Below are positions 28,501 through 38,611 of a DNA stretch of 64,000 nt, in pieces. Location of the stretch: positions 1 to 64,000 of the IMG/VR virus record IMGVR_UViG_3300028840_005764; one strand, given 5' to 3'. Both the position numbers and the translations under genes were made by a program. This DNA comes from a virus. Under the pieces are notes generated by a model, which was not told the DNA's origin, made no database searches, and saw nothing but the letters and a program-made list of their open reading frames with translations. Position 1 is the stretch's first letter, and each line of letters begins with the position of its first letter.

Positions 28501-31500
28501 TCAAGCTTCAGCGGAAGGGCGAGCCAATCTAATTACGCAGAATAGAGCTATCTCAGAAGCCGTATCAGCACATGGTGAATTAGCGTTAGCCGCAGCTGAA
28601 AGCGGCGGTAATCTTGCAGTGTTCACACAAAAAGCTAGAGAACAAAGGCAAGTCGTTCAAGAAGCTATGGAGGTACTACAACGGGAACAAGTTGATAAGT
28701 TTGGTGAAAGTATCAAACTACAGACAAAATTTTTGCAGGATTCAGCCGATCAGTATGAATTACTTCAAGATCAAATTGCTAATTATAAAGGACAATTAGC
28801 TGGTACAATACCCATACAATTTCAATCAAATCAGGCTATGTCCGCACGCGCTCAAGCCCAATTGGCCTTGACAAATGCGGAAAACAAACTTGCGGGGGTG
28901 ATGGAGGAAGCAAGAAAAACACAAAGAGATATGAGTAAAAGTGTACAAGAAAATATAAAAATAATGCCACAATTTGTTGATGTATTGAAAGATGCTTCTC
29001 AGGCTGCATCACGGTTGTACGCTACTGATAGGCCCGTGAAGGCTTTCGGCGATTTCTATAGTTTTCTGCAGAGGTCTGTAAACCAGCTCTCGGAGTTCCC
29101 AATACAGGCCAAGATTTCTGAGTTGAATGATAAGATCGTGCGAGGATTGGAGAGTCTCAAATTTAGGTATTTGTTTGAATTTGATGTAGTTATTCCAGAT
29201 TCAGTTGTTGATGATGCTGAAGCAGAAGTGGCTAGAGTATTCAAAGAATCCACTAGATTATTGAAAGAATCTCAGGAATTAAGCACGATAGAACTTGATC
29301 AATTTATAGATGTTGATTTTGCTGAATCAGACAAAAAGATTCAGATGTTTGCTGACACAATACAAGAACAGTTAAGAGAATCAACGAAAGGTTTGGGTTT
29401 AAAAGAATTAATAGCTTTTGATGAAGAACAAGGTGAAGAATTATTTACAGCAATAACGGAAAATATACAACTATTGCCATCAGCTTTTGAGGAAGGCAGC
29501 GAGGCCGCGGAGAAATTTTATAATAATGCTAAAACAATACAAAACATTCAAGATGAATTAATTGCGCAAGTAGAGAAACAGGATGATGCCGGTTTTTATC
29601 TTATTCAAAATGAAGAGGATAGAAAACAAGTTATTGATGGTATTAAAGGTTTATATGGTGATATGAATGATCTTTTGTATGATGGAAACCTTACACAAGA
29701 AGAACTAGTAGAATATGCTGATAGGATTTTCAATTTATCTAAGCAAACATTATTAGCACAAAACGCTGTTAACGGTATATATGCACAACAGTTGGCCATT
29801 AGGCGGGCTTACAACTTAGCTCTGGGCCAAGCCGAGTCAATTAGTGACAATATATTATATGATGAGAAGCAATCACTTAATGTTATAGGTCAAAAAGTTC
29901 AATTAGCAGAAAAAGAACTAGAAGCTGCTAATGAAAGAGTAGAACGAATTAAGGAATCAGGACCTGTTCTTCAAGCGGCCTTGGACGCTCAAAAAGAAGC
30001 GCAGTCTGTAGTATTGGGATTGACTGCGGAGCAGGCTGCACAAACGAAAAAAGTCTGGGATACTGAGACCAGTATAGCGCGAACCAGAACTGAAGCTATT
30101 GGTGCTCTTGATAGGGAATATGCTTTTGGTCAAGCGCGTTCTTCTCAGTTGAAAGCGCAGTTGAGTCTATCTCGTCGATTGGAGAAGATTCGTATCAGGC
30201 GGATCAACAAGATCGATGACGAGAGAAAACGCCGTGCTACGGCAGAGGCAGAAAGAAGAAAATTCATCGCTGCTCGTTTTGCATTGAATAGGCAGATTTT
30301 AGAAGCGGAGCAGCAGGAAGCCATAAATTTTGCCACAAGATTGAATGCTGCTCTGGAAATATTTAAAGCAGACGATAAGATATTAAAATCTGAAAATAGA
30401 TTATTGATTGTTGAAAGAGAGTTGGCTTTTAGACGTGAGAAAATTGCTGAATTAGAATCAAGAAGAAATAAGAATGGTAAAGTGTATAAAAATCTTGTTG
30501 CTGATATTCGTACTACAGAAGGAGAAATAAACACCTTCAAAAGAGAACAACTATCTCTTGAAATTGGTATTCTAGAAACTAGAACTGAATATAATGCTAC
30601 ACTTAATGAGCAAGTATCTTCATTAGAAAGTATTAGATTAAAATTAGTTCAGAGTAGTTTAATACAAGATAGGAATCTTGCTAATGTATATGAAGAAAAT
30701 ATCTTGAATGCTAAAATAGCCGCAACCAAAGAAAAAATTAGTTTCTTTAATGAAAAATTAAGTCGAGGTCTTGAGCTAAATACTGATGAACAATTAAAAT
30801 ATAACGATTTGATTGATGAATATGCCGGACTTCTATCAGAAGATATATTGCGCGATGAAGGAGAATTAGAAAAAATTAAAAAACAACAATTAGCAGTTCA
30901 AGATAAGATTAATTCGACTTATGATAAAGAACTTGGGTATTTAGCTGAGATACGTGGTGAGATAGAAGGTGCTACATCTTCACTTCTGCAACAAAGATTT
31001 GGAGACGCACCATTTAGTGCGATGCAAGATGCTGCTCGCGCCCTTGGTAAGAGTATCTTTGAGATACAAGCTCTTGGCCCGCAAAAGACCATAGAGTTGA
31101 TAAATAAAGGACTTCGTGAAGGAACGTTGTCTGCTGATAATTTCACAGGTAAAATGCATGAATTTGCTCGTGCTTTATCTGTTGTTGGCGAAGAAGAAAG
31201 GAAAATTAGGGAAATACAAGAAGATATCAAACGGCAAAGATTTGAAACTGCTATTATACAGCTGCAAGCTGCGTTAGACGCCGGAAACATTGAAAAAGCG
31301 TCTAAGGCCCTTGACGATATGGGCAATAGCGCTGAGGTCCTGAACCCACGTACAGGCAAAGTCGATTATCGAGCCACTCTCGAGAATTTCGAAAAGATCA
31401 GAATTGCTGGTGGCCTGATAGGTGACGAACTAGCTGAATCAGGCGGCAGACTTGAAGCGAAGCTTGAAGTAAGTCGTGATAGGGCTGAACAATTACTACA

Positions 31501-34500
31501 AACTGTTGAAAAACATATCAATACTATTACTAAAGCTTTAAGTGAAGGTAAATTCTTAGATGGTTTCGTTGATAGTATGAATACAGTAATATCACAATTG
31601 AAAAGGCTTGAAGGCACTACCATCACATTTGAGGTAAAAGAATATAGTGGCGGGACCGCTACGCGTGGGTATCAAGCTGGATTCTTTCACGGACAAGACG
31701 GCGGTGGTGTCCCGGGGCAGGGGCGAGGCGATATCGTACAGGCGATGTTGGAGCCTGGTGAATTTGTCATACCGCGTTCTGTAGTTGGTGTTCTTGGTTC
31801 TGATTTCTTTGAACAGTTCCGCGATCCGAACTTTGTGAATGCTCTGTCCAGGTCCGGCCAGGGTCTGCGCGGTGTCTTCGGCAATATACCTGGTATTGAT
31901 CGACCATCAGCCTACACCAGTAGCAATCTGGTTCCTGGGGAGGGCCTTGGTGATATCATCCCAGCCAGACTGGCCGAGGGCGACTTTGTTATTCCGCGGT
32001 GGTCTGTCCAAACACTTGGAACCGAATTCTTTGGACGTTTGATTGATCCGGAACTTATCAAAAAATTGTCTGCAGCAAATATATCAAGACTTAAAAATGA
32101 ATTAGGATATGAACAATTTGCTAATGTGAGAGAAGATCTCTTAAATGAAAATCGTCGTGCTATTGGCTATAAACATGGCGGCCTAGTTTCTCTTAGTGGA
32201 ATACGTGGTTATGCAGATGGTGGTACCGCTATTAAAACCACTGGAGTATCTCAGGCAGAAGCCGAGACATATGCATTATTAAAAATGACATTTGATGACA
32301 TAGAGATTTCGTATAAAGGTCCTAGTGTTGCAGAACAAATTAATGACGTAGTTTTTAAGGATGTTTCAGTAGATATAGATCCTATGTTGGCGCCAATTGA
32401 TGAAGTTGGTGAAAAGATTTTTTCTATTTCAAAAATAACTGCGCCAAAAGTTGAGATTGTAGATCCAAAAGAAGCTGAAAATGTAGCTAATGTAACGCAA
32501 GAGACGGAAAAACTTACAGAAGCAATTGACCAAAAGAATCAAGCGACAGGCGAGTCTGGCCAATATACCGCGGATGTTAAACAATCACTTGAGCTGCTTT
32601 TTAACACTACAGTAGCGACAGAAGAAGGCGCTAACGCCCAGGAAGTGTTTACTGCTGCTGTTGAACAAACAGTTGTAAAACTAAAAAATGTAGTAGGTGC
32701 GATATCTGCATTTCGTGCGCAAGTGAAAGCCGCGCAAGGTCCTTTTGTAGAATTAGCTGGCAAAATGCTTGATGCATTTGGCAGCAAAATGGAAAAGGCT
32801 ATTGATAATATTGCTGGTAAATTCAGTAATCTATTCTCAAAACAATTACCAGGTTTATTCGGTACGTTCGTAAAGGACTTTGTTCTTGCCGGGGCGGAAG
32901 TCGTTGCCGCTAACGAAGAAAATCAAAAAGATATCATAGATTCGTTTAGAGAATCACGCGTTGCTCTTGTTGAACAATTGAAACGTAATGAGATTTCATA
33001 TTTTGATTATTTCAACAAACTAGAAGACCTGGCCGCAGACAGGGACAAGGCGCAGGCGGAAAGTGCCGAAGACGTTACTGGTGAGTTACGCGATGTGTAT
33101 GAGGATTTTACAAAGAATTTCTTTAGTGAATTTACTGGCTTGTTGACAGATATGGTTTCTGGATTCAATGAATTTTTTGACGATATTATTGATGGTATGG
33201 TTGGTTTGGCTGATAACGTTTTTAGCGTATTTGGTGATATAGGCGGAGCTGTAGGCAATATATTTGGCGAAACCGGAATGGCTGCCGGCTCAGTAGTCGG
33301 TGGTGTTCTTGGCGAAGCTATGGGTTCGATCTTCTCTGCCGTTGGTAGTATCGCTAGTGCTTTTACAAGTGTGATATCTTCTGCTGTTCAAGGGATACTT
33401 TCTATTATTCCGTATATAGTTGAATTGGGGATGATGGGTGAAGATGAAATCAAAGGAATGCTTGACTCATTCCGAGAGGCACCTGCCATTCTAGCTGATA
33501 TTGGAGAAGGTTTTGTTCGAAATCTTCCGCTAGTTGCTAAGGCTTTAGAGGATAACTTCCCCACGATAGCTACTGCATTTGTGGATATGGTTATCAAGAT
33601 CATTGGTTCTATAGCGGATATATTGAGAAGTGATTTTATACCTGTATTCGTTGGTACAATTTTAGATGCTTTTGTTGATATTGTTCAAGCCCTACCAGAT
33701 TTGTTCCAGGGGATTTTTGTATCAATAGCAGAAACATTCGGAAATATTTTCTCCGGGGATCAACTTTCCACTTTAGCAGATGCTGTCCAATCAACTATCA
33801 GCACTGTGATACAAATTATTGTGAGTGGTATTAGTGATTTAGTTATTCCCATATTGCAATCTATTGTTGATGCTTTACCAGCTATAGTTACCGCTATTGG
33901 CAGCGCAGTAGTCGCAGAAGCTCCTCAGTTAATGGATGCGGTCACCGCGTTGATGGATACTTTTGTCAATATGTTCAAGGATCCTGCGGTTTTGTCAAAA
34001 TTGCAGGAAGCAGTTGTTGGTATGTTTGCCGGTCTTGGCGACATGGGTGGTGATGGTGGTCAATTTGGTGTGTTGTTTGAAAGTATTACTGGGTTTTTGG
34101 AGAGTATGTTCGAAGTATTACCAACAATGATTGAAGGTGGTGTGGCGGTTGTAAATACTTTTATGGCCTTGGCTCCTATTATAATTGATGTACTTACAAT
34201 AGTACAACAAGCTATATATTCAATACTCCCGCCGATAGCTACGTTATTAGCGGAGTTGGTTGGAAGTTTCAGTAAAATATTTTCCGCAATCGTACCGACC
34301 ATAATTAGCCTTATTGATATTATTGCTGATGCCGTTGGTCAGTTGATGCCGATTATTACACCAATCTTAACTGCAATTGTGGATGCTTTTCTACCATTGG
34401 TAGAAGCATTTATGGGCTTATTAGATGCAGTTATTGAGCCGCTTGGCGAATTATTGATGGAGATCATTCCAATATTGGGAGAGATGTTCGCCAACTACAT

Positions 34501-36076
34501 GGGACCGGCGATTATTATTCTTGAAGTGCTTATAGATGTATTGGTTGACATAATTGATGTGGTCACCGCAATAATACCGGTTGTTCTAAATGCACTTATA
34601 CCTATTTTTAAAGTAGTTATGAATATGATATCTTTAATGGTTCCCCCACTTACAGAATTGGTTGAAGCATTAGCACCGTTGTTAGAAATCTTTATCAAAG
34701 CCGGTATAGCGACCGCATTTGTGGTTCTTATTGCTGGTTTTATAGAAATACTTGTTTTGGGTATACCAATTATTCAATCGCTGATGCCACTATTAATGTT
34801 TTCCGTTAGAGTGTTGATATATATTGTTCAAGTTACAGGTACGTTGGTAGCGGCCTTACAGGGTCTGACTGCTTTGTTTACTCGGCTGGCAGATGTATTT
34901 ACAGGATTAAAAGAAAAAGCTACTGAAGCAATAGATAAATTCTCTTTCTTGAGTAAAGTATTCGATGCCATTCAAAAAGTATTGTATGGCAATAGTCTCA
35001 TACCGGTACTTGAATTACTATACGATGTGTTTAAAGCAATAAGCGACTTCATCGCAAACACTTTTATGAAAGTGTTTGAAACTATGCAACAAGGTCTGAA
35101 GACCATTTCAGACTTTATTGAAAACACTTTCGTTACGGCATTTGATAGTCTCAGTGATGCCTTTTCAGATATTTTTGATTTGATATCAGATATCGTTGGG
35201 ATAATACCAACACCAGGGGACGCTACTGACTCTACGTCTAACGTAGTCGATACGGCCAAAAATGTAGGCGAAACCATTGCTGATGGTGTTAAAGACGGTG
35301 TTTCAAATGCTGTTGGCGCGCTCAAAGATCTGACGCCATGGCACGCTGGAGGTATTTTCCAGGCATCTGATGACCCAGGCGCACGTGAATTCCATGATTT
35401 CCTTGGTCTCCGTGGAGATGAGGGCCTTGCGCTTCTGCAAAACGGAGAGGGAATTCTGACTCGTGCTGGCGTCAAGGCAATTGGTGGCGTTGAGGTGCTA
35501 GATGAGTTGAATGCCGGTGGCGATTCTATGCGTTTGCCACTTGACGGAGGTGGAGCACAGATACCCGCCTGGATGATTGATGTACCAACCTTCCACGTGG
35601 GCGGTGTGTTTGAGGTCGCGACTGATGCCGCGACACAGGAATTCAACAGAATGTTGGGTCTACGTGCCGACGAGGGTCTGGCTCTTCTACAGAATGGTGA
35701 AGGTATCCTGACACGTACTGGAGTTGAAGCCATTGGCGGCGCTGACGCCGTAAACGCAGCCAATAAAAATGAGTTTGCTGTTGCTACGTTTGCTGACAAT
35801 CCTGGTGTGCTTGGTGCGCACACACAAACAGTTAGGCCAATAGGAGGCGGCGGCCCCGAACCAGCAGGCGGAGGCGGCGGAGGCGGCGGTGGAGGACCAG
35901 TCACTATTCAAGTGAATGTGGACATGTCTGGTTCGAATTTCCAGTCAGAGACTATTGCCGAGGACGTTGAAAATAGTGTTGCTGATATGATGTCCAACGG
36001 CGAAGGGCGTGTGTACGAAGAGGTGAACAACGTAGCTGGTAACGATGAGCCAGAGGGTATCAGGTATAGGTCGTAG
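25523..36076 (+). CDS. Tape measure protein (TP901-type core), 3517 aa
   Basis: Ala-rich coiled coils, TP901-like core (GSAGL...FALPVAKQLNLSFEQ...AGEAGRSLRSIFSR...FGLRG), TM segment, amphipathic repeats. Follows the chaperones. Confidence 0.92.
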   Translation: MADRQINFAINISRSDQNVFRTLIKEFQQFRKEAGAANRALAAMSKISTNATNVTQAASAFNALSDAIAKVATSVNAVDLTKITAMMRLLKTQGELATGQIKALQKQMDALNATRSQKGAKDAASAADKEVKAQAKVLENISKVVNARQNELTQLRNKIRQSAEAGEADASAARKMQTLSTELRKLRVAGVAAVKSLEEQRTAGANLDKNTLNLIQSFDGVKKAINSEIVSIQNSNQTLVNAEKVIRKFAVANRQASAAAISAWNKYATELQRSMKVAAAATKTTTGQEAARTRVADASAQLGKLQAAGAPSQVIDAQRVALDRATESYNKYSAAVQLAQIAVEKQKTAQQAALTVTQRIEEYRGALLKQREASIRALQNVEDAAAQRALANAQKEVKAARQRVQAAREVYAVEAGVRKSAVERMVQANSEAAKSATAAANAQKNASKVANQAAREQANAQRQAAKAAAANAKATTNFADQIAKGFNNVIASQLKYLGASFVVFRLIQRIREAFESIIEVSDRVAKAFAVSRSAILGLEERYDALGDSIESTAIKMGRSIKDVSEILFQFGSAGLQAEESMAALQSTMRLIIATDADVTATTKTVAGVYRLLGNQLDYLGTQTQKFARINDVLAATYRDNQVELNELNQGLKFALPVAKQLNLSFEQVSGILATLQNNMIRAGEAGRSLRSIFSRMSSQSEEFAEAFGIALDPDKPLSFIDMLEKLQSRMSSGALTVDQVGTVFERFGLRGANSFLVLTQQFDSLSETIRKLEEDSQGAAATMARVRIESIAGQVNKFKETVLELARDALLPLGAIIFGLIEAFNDFYEVLQETGLDKYLKIILAITTALIAIKIATVAWTVVTKLQTLWLIRQQAAVIGSVVAQHQYIRALHLSTVGVYTNIKALFSMSGALGVLAGVLQTVATAMITAFPYVLIGAAIALIIYWIYRMRNEYRLTIEENNKRLEQIREEIRQRRHERDALDRTISKLEEVNQASAEGRANLITQNRAISEAVSAHGELALAAAESGGNLAVFTQKAREQRQVVQEAMEVLQREQVDKFGESIKLQTKFLQDSADQYELLQDQIANYKGQLAGTIPIQFQSNQAMSARAQAQLALTNAENKLAGVMEEARKTQRDMSKSVQENIKIMPQFVDVLKDASQAASRLYATDRPVKAFGDFYSFLQRSVNQLSEFPIQAKISELNDKIVRGLESLKFRYLFEFDVVIPDSVVDDAEAEVARVFKESTRLLKESQELSTIELDQFIDVDFAESDKKIQMFADTIQEQLRESTKGLGLKELIAFDEEQGEELFTAITENIQLLPSAFEEGSEAAEKFYNNAKTIQNIQDELIAQVEKQDDAGFYLIQNEEDRKQVIDGIKGLYGDMNDLLYDGNLTQEELVEYADRIFNLSKQTLLAQNAVNGIYAQQLAIRRAYNLALGQAESISDNILYDEKQSLNVIGQKVQLAEKELEAANERVERIKESGPVLQAALDAQKEAQSVVLGLTAEQAAQTKKVWDTETSIARTRTEAIGALDREYAFGQARSSQLKAQLSLSRRLEKIRIRRINKIDDERKRRATAEAERRKFIAARFALNRQILEAEQQEAINFATRLNAALEIFKADDKILKSENRLLIVERELAFRREKIAELESRRNKNGKVYKNLVADIRTTEGEINTFKREQLSLEIGILETRTEYNATLNEQVSSLESIRLKLVQSSLIQDRNLANVYEENILNAKIAATKEKISFFNEKLSRGLELNTDEQLKYNDLIDEYAGLLSEDILRDEGELEKIKKQQLAVQDKINSTYDKELGYLAEIRGEIEGATSSLLQQRFGDAPFSAMQDAARALGKSIFEIQALGPQKTIELINKGLREGTLSADNFTGKMHEFARALSVVGEEERKIREIQEDIKRQRFETAIIQLQAALDAGNIEKASKALDDMGNSAEVLNPRTGKVDYRATLENFEKIRIAGGLIGDELAESGGRLEAKLEVSRDRAEQLLQTVEKHINTITKALSEGKFLDGFVDSMNTVISQLKRLEGTTITFEVKEYSGGTATRGYQAGFFHGQDGGGVPGQGRGDIVQAMLEPGEFVIPRSVVGVLGSDFFEQFRDPNFVNALSRSGQGLRGVFGNIPGIDRPSAYTSSNLVPGEGLGDIIPARLAEGDFVIPRWSVQTLGTEFFGRLIDPELIKKLSAANISRLKNELGYEQFANVREDLLNENRRAIGYKHGGLVSLSGIRGYADGGTAIKTTGVSQAEAETYALLKMTFDDIEISYKGPSVAEQINDVVFKDVSVDIDPMLAPIDEVGEKIFSISKITAPKVEIVDPKEAENVANVTQETEKLTEAIDQKNQATGESGQYTADVKQSLELLFNTTVATEEGANAQEVFTAAVEQTVVKLKNVVGAISAFRAQVKAAQGPFVELAGKMLDAFGSKMEKAIDNIAGKFSNLFSKQLPGLFGTFVKDFVLAGAEVVAANEENQKDIIDSFRESRVALVEQLKRNEISYFDYFNKLEDLAADRDKAQAESAEDVTGELRDVYEDFTKNFFSEFTGLLTDMVSGFNEFFDDIIDGMVGLADNVFSVFGDIGGAVGNIFGETGMAAGSVVGGVLGEAMGSIFSAVGSIASAFTSVISSAVQGILSIIPYIVELGMMGEDEIKGMLDSFREAPAILADIGEGFVRNLPLVAKALEDNFPTIATAFVDMVIKIIGSIADILRSDFIPVFVGTILDAFVDIVQALPDLFQGIFVSIAETFGNIFSGDQLSTLADAVQSTISTVIQIIVSGISDLVIPILQSIVDALPAIVTAIGSAVVAEAPQLMDAVTALMDTFVNMFKDPAVLSKLQEAVVGMFAGLGDMGGDGGQFGVLFESITGFLESMFEVLPTMIEGGVAVVNTFMALAPIIIDVLTIVQQAIYSILPPIATLLAELVGSFSKIFSAIVPTIISLIDIIADAVGQLMPIITPILTAIVDAFLPLVEAFMGLLDAVIEPLGELLMEIIPILGEMFANYMGPAIIILEVLIDVLVDIIDVVTAIIPVVLNALIPIFKVVMNMISLMVPPLTELVEALAPLLEIFIKAGIATAFVVLIAGFIEILVLGIPIIQSLMPLLMFSVRVLIYIVQVTGTLVAALQGLTALFTRLADVFTGLKEKATEAIDKFSFLSKVFDAIQKVLYGNSLIPVLELLYDVFKAISDFIANTFMKVFETMQQGLKTISDFIENTFVTAFDSLSDAFSDIFDLISDIVGIIPTPGDATDSTSNVVDTAKNVGETIADGVKDGVSNAVGALKDLTPWHAGGIFQASDDPGAREFHDFLGLRGDEGLALLQNGEGILTRAGVKAIGGVEVLDELNAGGDSMRLPLDGGGAQIPAWMIDVPTFHVGGVFEVATDAATQEFNRMLGLRADEGLALLQNGEGILTRTGVEAIGGADAVNAANKNEFAVATFADNPGVLGAHTQTVRPIGGGGPEPAGGGGGGGGGGPVTIQVNVDMSGSNFQSETIAEDVENSVADMMSNGEGRVYEEVNNVAGNDEPEGIRYRS

Positions 36077-36086
36077 GTGAAGTGCG

Positions 36087-38075
36087 ATGTCGTTGTTTTT
36101 GGCAGACTTAGATCCTTATGACACCGAGTCGGATGTTGCAAAGGACACGAATGTCTACCTGCGCATTGGGGCCGATGGCGGCGACATTGTGGACTTGGAC
36201 ACGGTGCTAATCACCATCGAGGGGTCGGACGCCTATGACGGTGATGGCACGCCAGCGGGATACCAGGACGGGTTCTATGGTACAGTGACTTCGGACGGTT
36301 CGAACGGTTACATTTTTGACATTGATCCTGAATCAGATTTTCCTGAAACAACTACAATAGATGTTGATGTTTATGCTGAGAATACTCTTGGTACAGTTAT
36401 ATTGAATCAATCATATTCTTTTGACATTACCACTTATCCATTTATTTCGGCTTTGGACCCAGCAAATGGTGAAACCGGTGTCGACCATGACAAAAACATC
36501 GAGATGACACTGGATGGTGGGTCTGGAAACATCACGAAATCCACAATTGAAGTGCGCGTAGATAGCGTACTTGCGTATGACGATGATGGTGCTACACCAG
36601 GTTTTCAGCCTGGTTTTCAAGGTACAGGCTCCAGTATCGTGGTGAATGGTAATGGTTATGACCTGGTTATCGACCAGGAAGAGGATTTTGGTGCAGGCCA
36701 AAGGATTGATTTACAAATTGATGCTGATAATGACTTAAGTTTTTCTATTGATGAAGATAAGTATTTCAAAACTAATATTTACACAACTCAGATCAATCCA
36801 GTTACACCTGTGGGTAATGAGAAGCTCGCGCCTATCGAACAAAGTATTTACATAGACTTTACCAAAACACCTGTTTTGATAAAGGTTAATTCAGTTGTGG
36901 CGTGGGACGGCGCTTTTCAAAATGGATGGTCTGGCCTCAACATTTCACATGTTGACGGTACCCGTATCGTCCTCGACCCGCCATCTGATTTTACCATCAA
37001 TGTGGGCGTGGTTGTTGAGGCTCAGACCACTACAGATTCACGAACTTGGCGCTTTCTACCTGGTACGACACAGGCCACCACTACGCATGACACAGGTTCT
37101 CCTGTAGTTTTGGATGCCGATGGCAGCCTGTGGTACGCATACACCAGGGACTACGAAGAGGGCCTCACACCACCATTGCAGCCTGGCAACATTTACATGC
37201 GTAAGGGCAATCCGCTTACCGCCGAAGCCATCACGGTGACTGGACAGGTAGTAGATGTTGGTTTTGATGCTAATACAGGACTTATCAATGTTGTGTTTGA
37301 ACACAATAGAAAAGTCCAGTTTATGACAGTGTTACCAACGGATAGTCCTAGTTACAAGAATCCAGAATCTATTCTTTTCACCAATGCCAATATGTCTCTT
37401 TATGGTGATCAGCGAAGACAACGTGGTACTATTTTCTATGGTAGTACATATGGTAATCAACGAAGAGGTATGACATACGACTGGGGTACACCAGGACTTG
37501 GTGAATTTCTCAGTACACCGTATCCAGTCACACTACACTGCTACAATACCGTATCCTCATACATGCAGGAATATGTGATTGGTTTTGAAGTGTACAAGAG
37601 CATTCCCGGCTCTTCGTATTGGAGACCACTCGGTACAATCAGTTATACGTATGGTGATCCATATGCGGTTTTTGTTGATAATAAATTTATTGCTGGCGCA
37701 TCATATCGATGCCGTGCAATATTTCAATATGATGATACGGCCACGTCTAAGATTTTCAAAAGCGTTACGAGCGACATTGTAACACTGTCCGAAAATACGA
37801 TGTCTGATTTAGCGGCGATGTCTATATATGGTGGCAGAAAACGCCAGGTTGTGTTGTCAGTTACTATCTCACCGCCTCTAAAAAGATTGATAGCTGATTA
37901 TGGTGATATATCTGTTTATGGCGGTAGAAAACGTCAGGTTGTACCTTCGTCTACTAGTTATGTACCTGTCAAACGCGTATATGATACTGAAACTATGGAC
38001 ATGTCTGTGTACGGCGGAACTGATAGAATAGTGAAACTCGACATCACGGGATACGATCCGATAGGAGTTGGTTGA
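36087..38075 (+). CDS. Tail protein with N-terminal Ig-like (Big_5-like) domains and C-terminal short repeats
   Basis: LDP..GETGV..D..I Ig-like starts and four xSxYG repeats. Confidence 0.7.
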   Translation: MSLFLADLDPYDTESDVAKDTNVYLRIGADGGDIVDLDTVLITIEGSDAYDGDGTPAGYQDGFYGTVTSDGSNGYIFDIDPESDFPETTTIDVDVYAENTLGTVILNQSYSFDITTYPFISALDPANGETGVDHDKNIEMTLDGGSGNITKSTIEVRVDSVLAYDDDGATPGFQPGFQGTGSSIVVNGNGYDLVIDQEEDFGAGQRIDLQIDADNDLSFSIDEDKYFKTNIYTTQINPVTPVGNEKLAPIEQSIYIDFTKTPVLIKVNSVVAWDGAFQNGWSGLNISHVDGTRIVLDPPSDFTINVGVVVEAQTTTDSRTWRFLPGTTQATTTHDTGSPVVLDADGSLWYAYTRDYEEGLTPPLQPGNIYMRKGNPLTAEAITVTGQVVDVGFDANTGLINVVFEHNRKVQFMTVLPTDSPSYKNPESILFTNANMSLYGDQRRQRGTIFYGSTYGNQRRGMTYDWGTPGLGEFLSTPYPVTLHCYNTVSSYMQEYVIGFEVYKSIPGSSYWRPLGTISYTYGDPYAVFVDNKFIAGASYRCRAIFQYDDTATSKIFKSVTSDIVTLSENTMSDLAAMSIYGGRKRQVVLSVTISPPLKRLIADYGDISVYGGRKRQVVPSSTSYVPVKRVYDTETMDMSVYGGTDRIVKLDITGYDPIGVG

Positions 38076-38608
38076 TGTCTATTCCCACACTCACACAGAT
38101 GTTGAATAAACATCGAGCTGAGGGCCGTCTATCCTGGTTGCCTCGTTTAAGTGGTGAGATCTTTGCCACGTTGAGGGATGAAGATGGGCGTATTGTTCAG
38201 CAGTTACGTCAAAAAAACTTGATGACAAGAACATACTGGGAATTCAGAACAAGGTATGATTATCAAATAAATACAGTGAGTATTTGTATTTCCAACGATG
38301 ATGATGTGATGAATTTCAGAAAGACCATATTTAGAAATACTTATACTGATACTGGGTCTTTAACTTCTAATACGATCGAAGTTAATAACACAAGCAAGAC
38401 TTGGACATTTAGAGGTACTTTTGGCGCGCCGTCTACTGATAATACTATTTATTGGGTGGGTTTGGCAACTAATTTTGCTGTTTTAACTTCTGGTGATTTT
38501 AACATAAAATATCAATGTTATTGTGGTACAAAATTATCTTCTTCGTTCGTACAAACAACATCACAAACGCTGGAACTCGTCTACAGAATTTCTCTCACAC
38601 AGGTGTGA
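38075..38608 (+). CDS. Small tail-tip/fibre-associated protein
   Basis: TGATG overlap. GEIFATLRDEDG...KNLMT and QTTSQTLELVYRI motifs. Confidence 0.65.
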   Translation: MSIPTLTQMLNKHRAEGRLSWLPRLSGEIFATLRDEDGRIVQQLRQKNLMTRTYWEFRTRYDYQINTVSICISNDDDVMNFRKTIFRNTYTDTGSLTSNTIEVNNTSKTWTFRGTFGAPSTDNTIYWVGLATNFAVLTSGDFNIKYQCYCGTKLSSSFVQTTSQTLELVYRISLTQV

Positions 38609-38611
38609 CAC

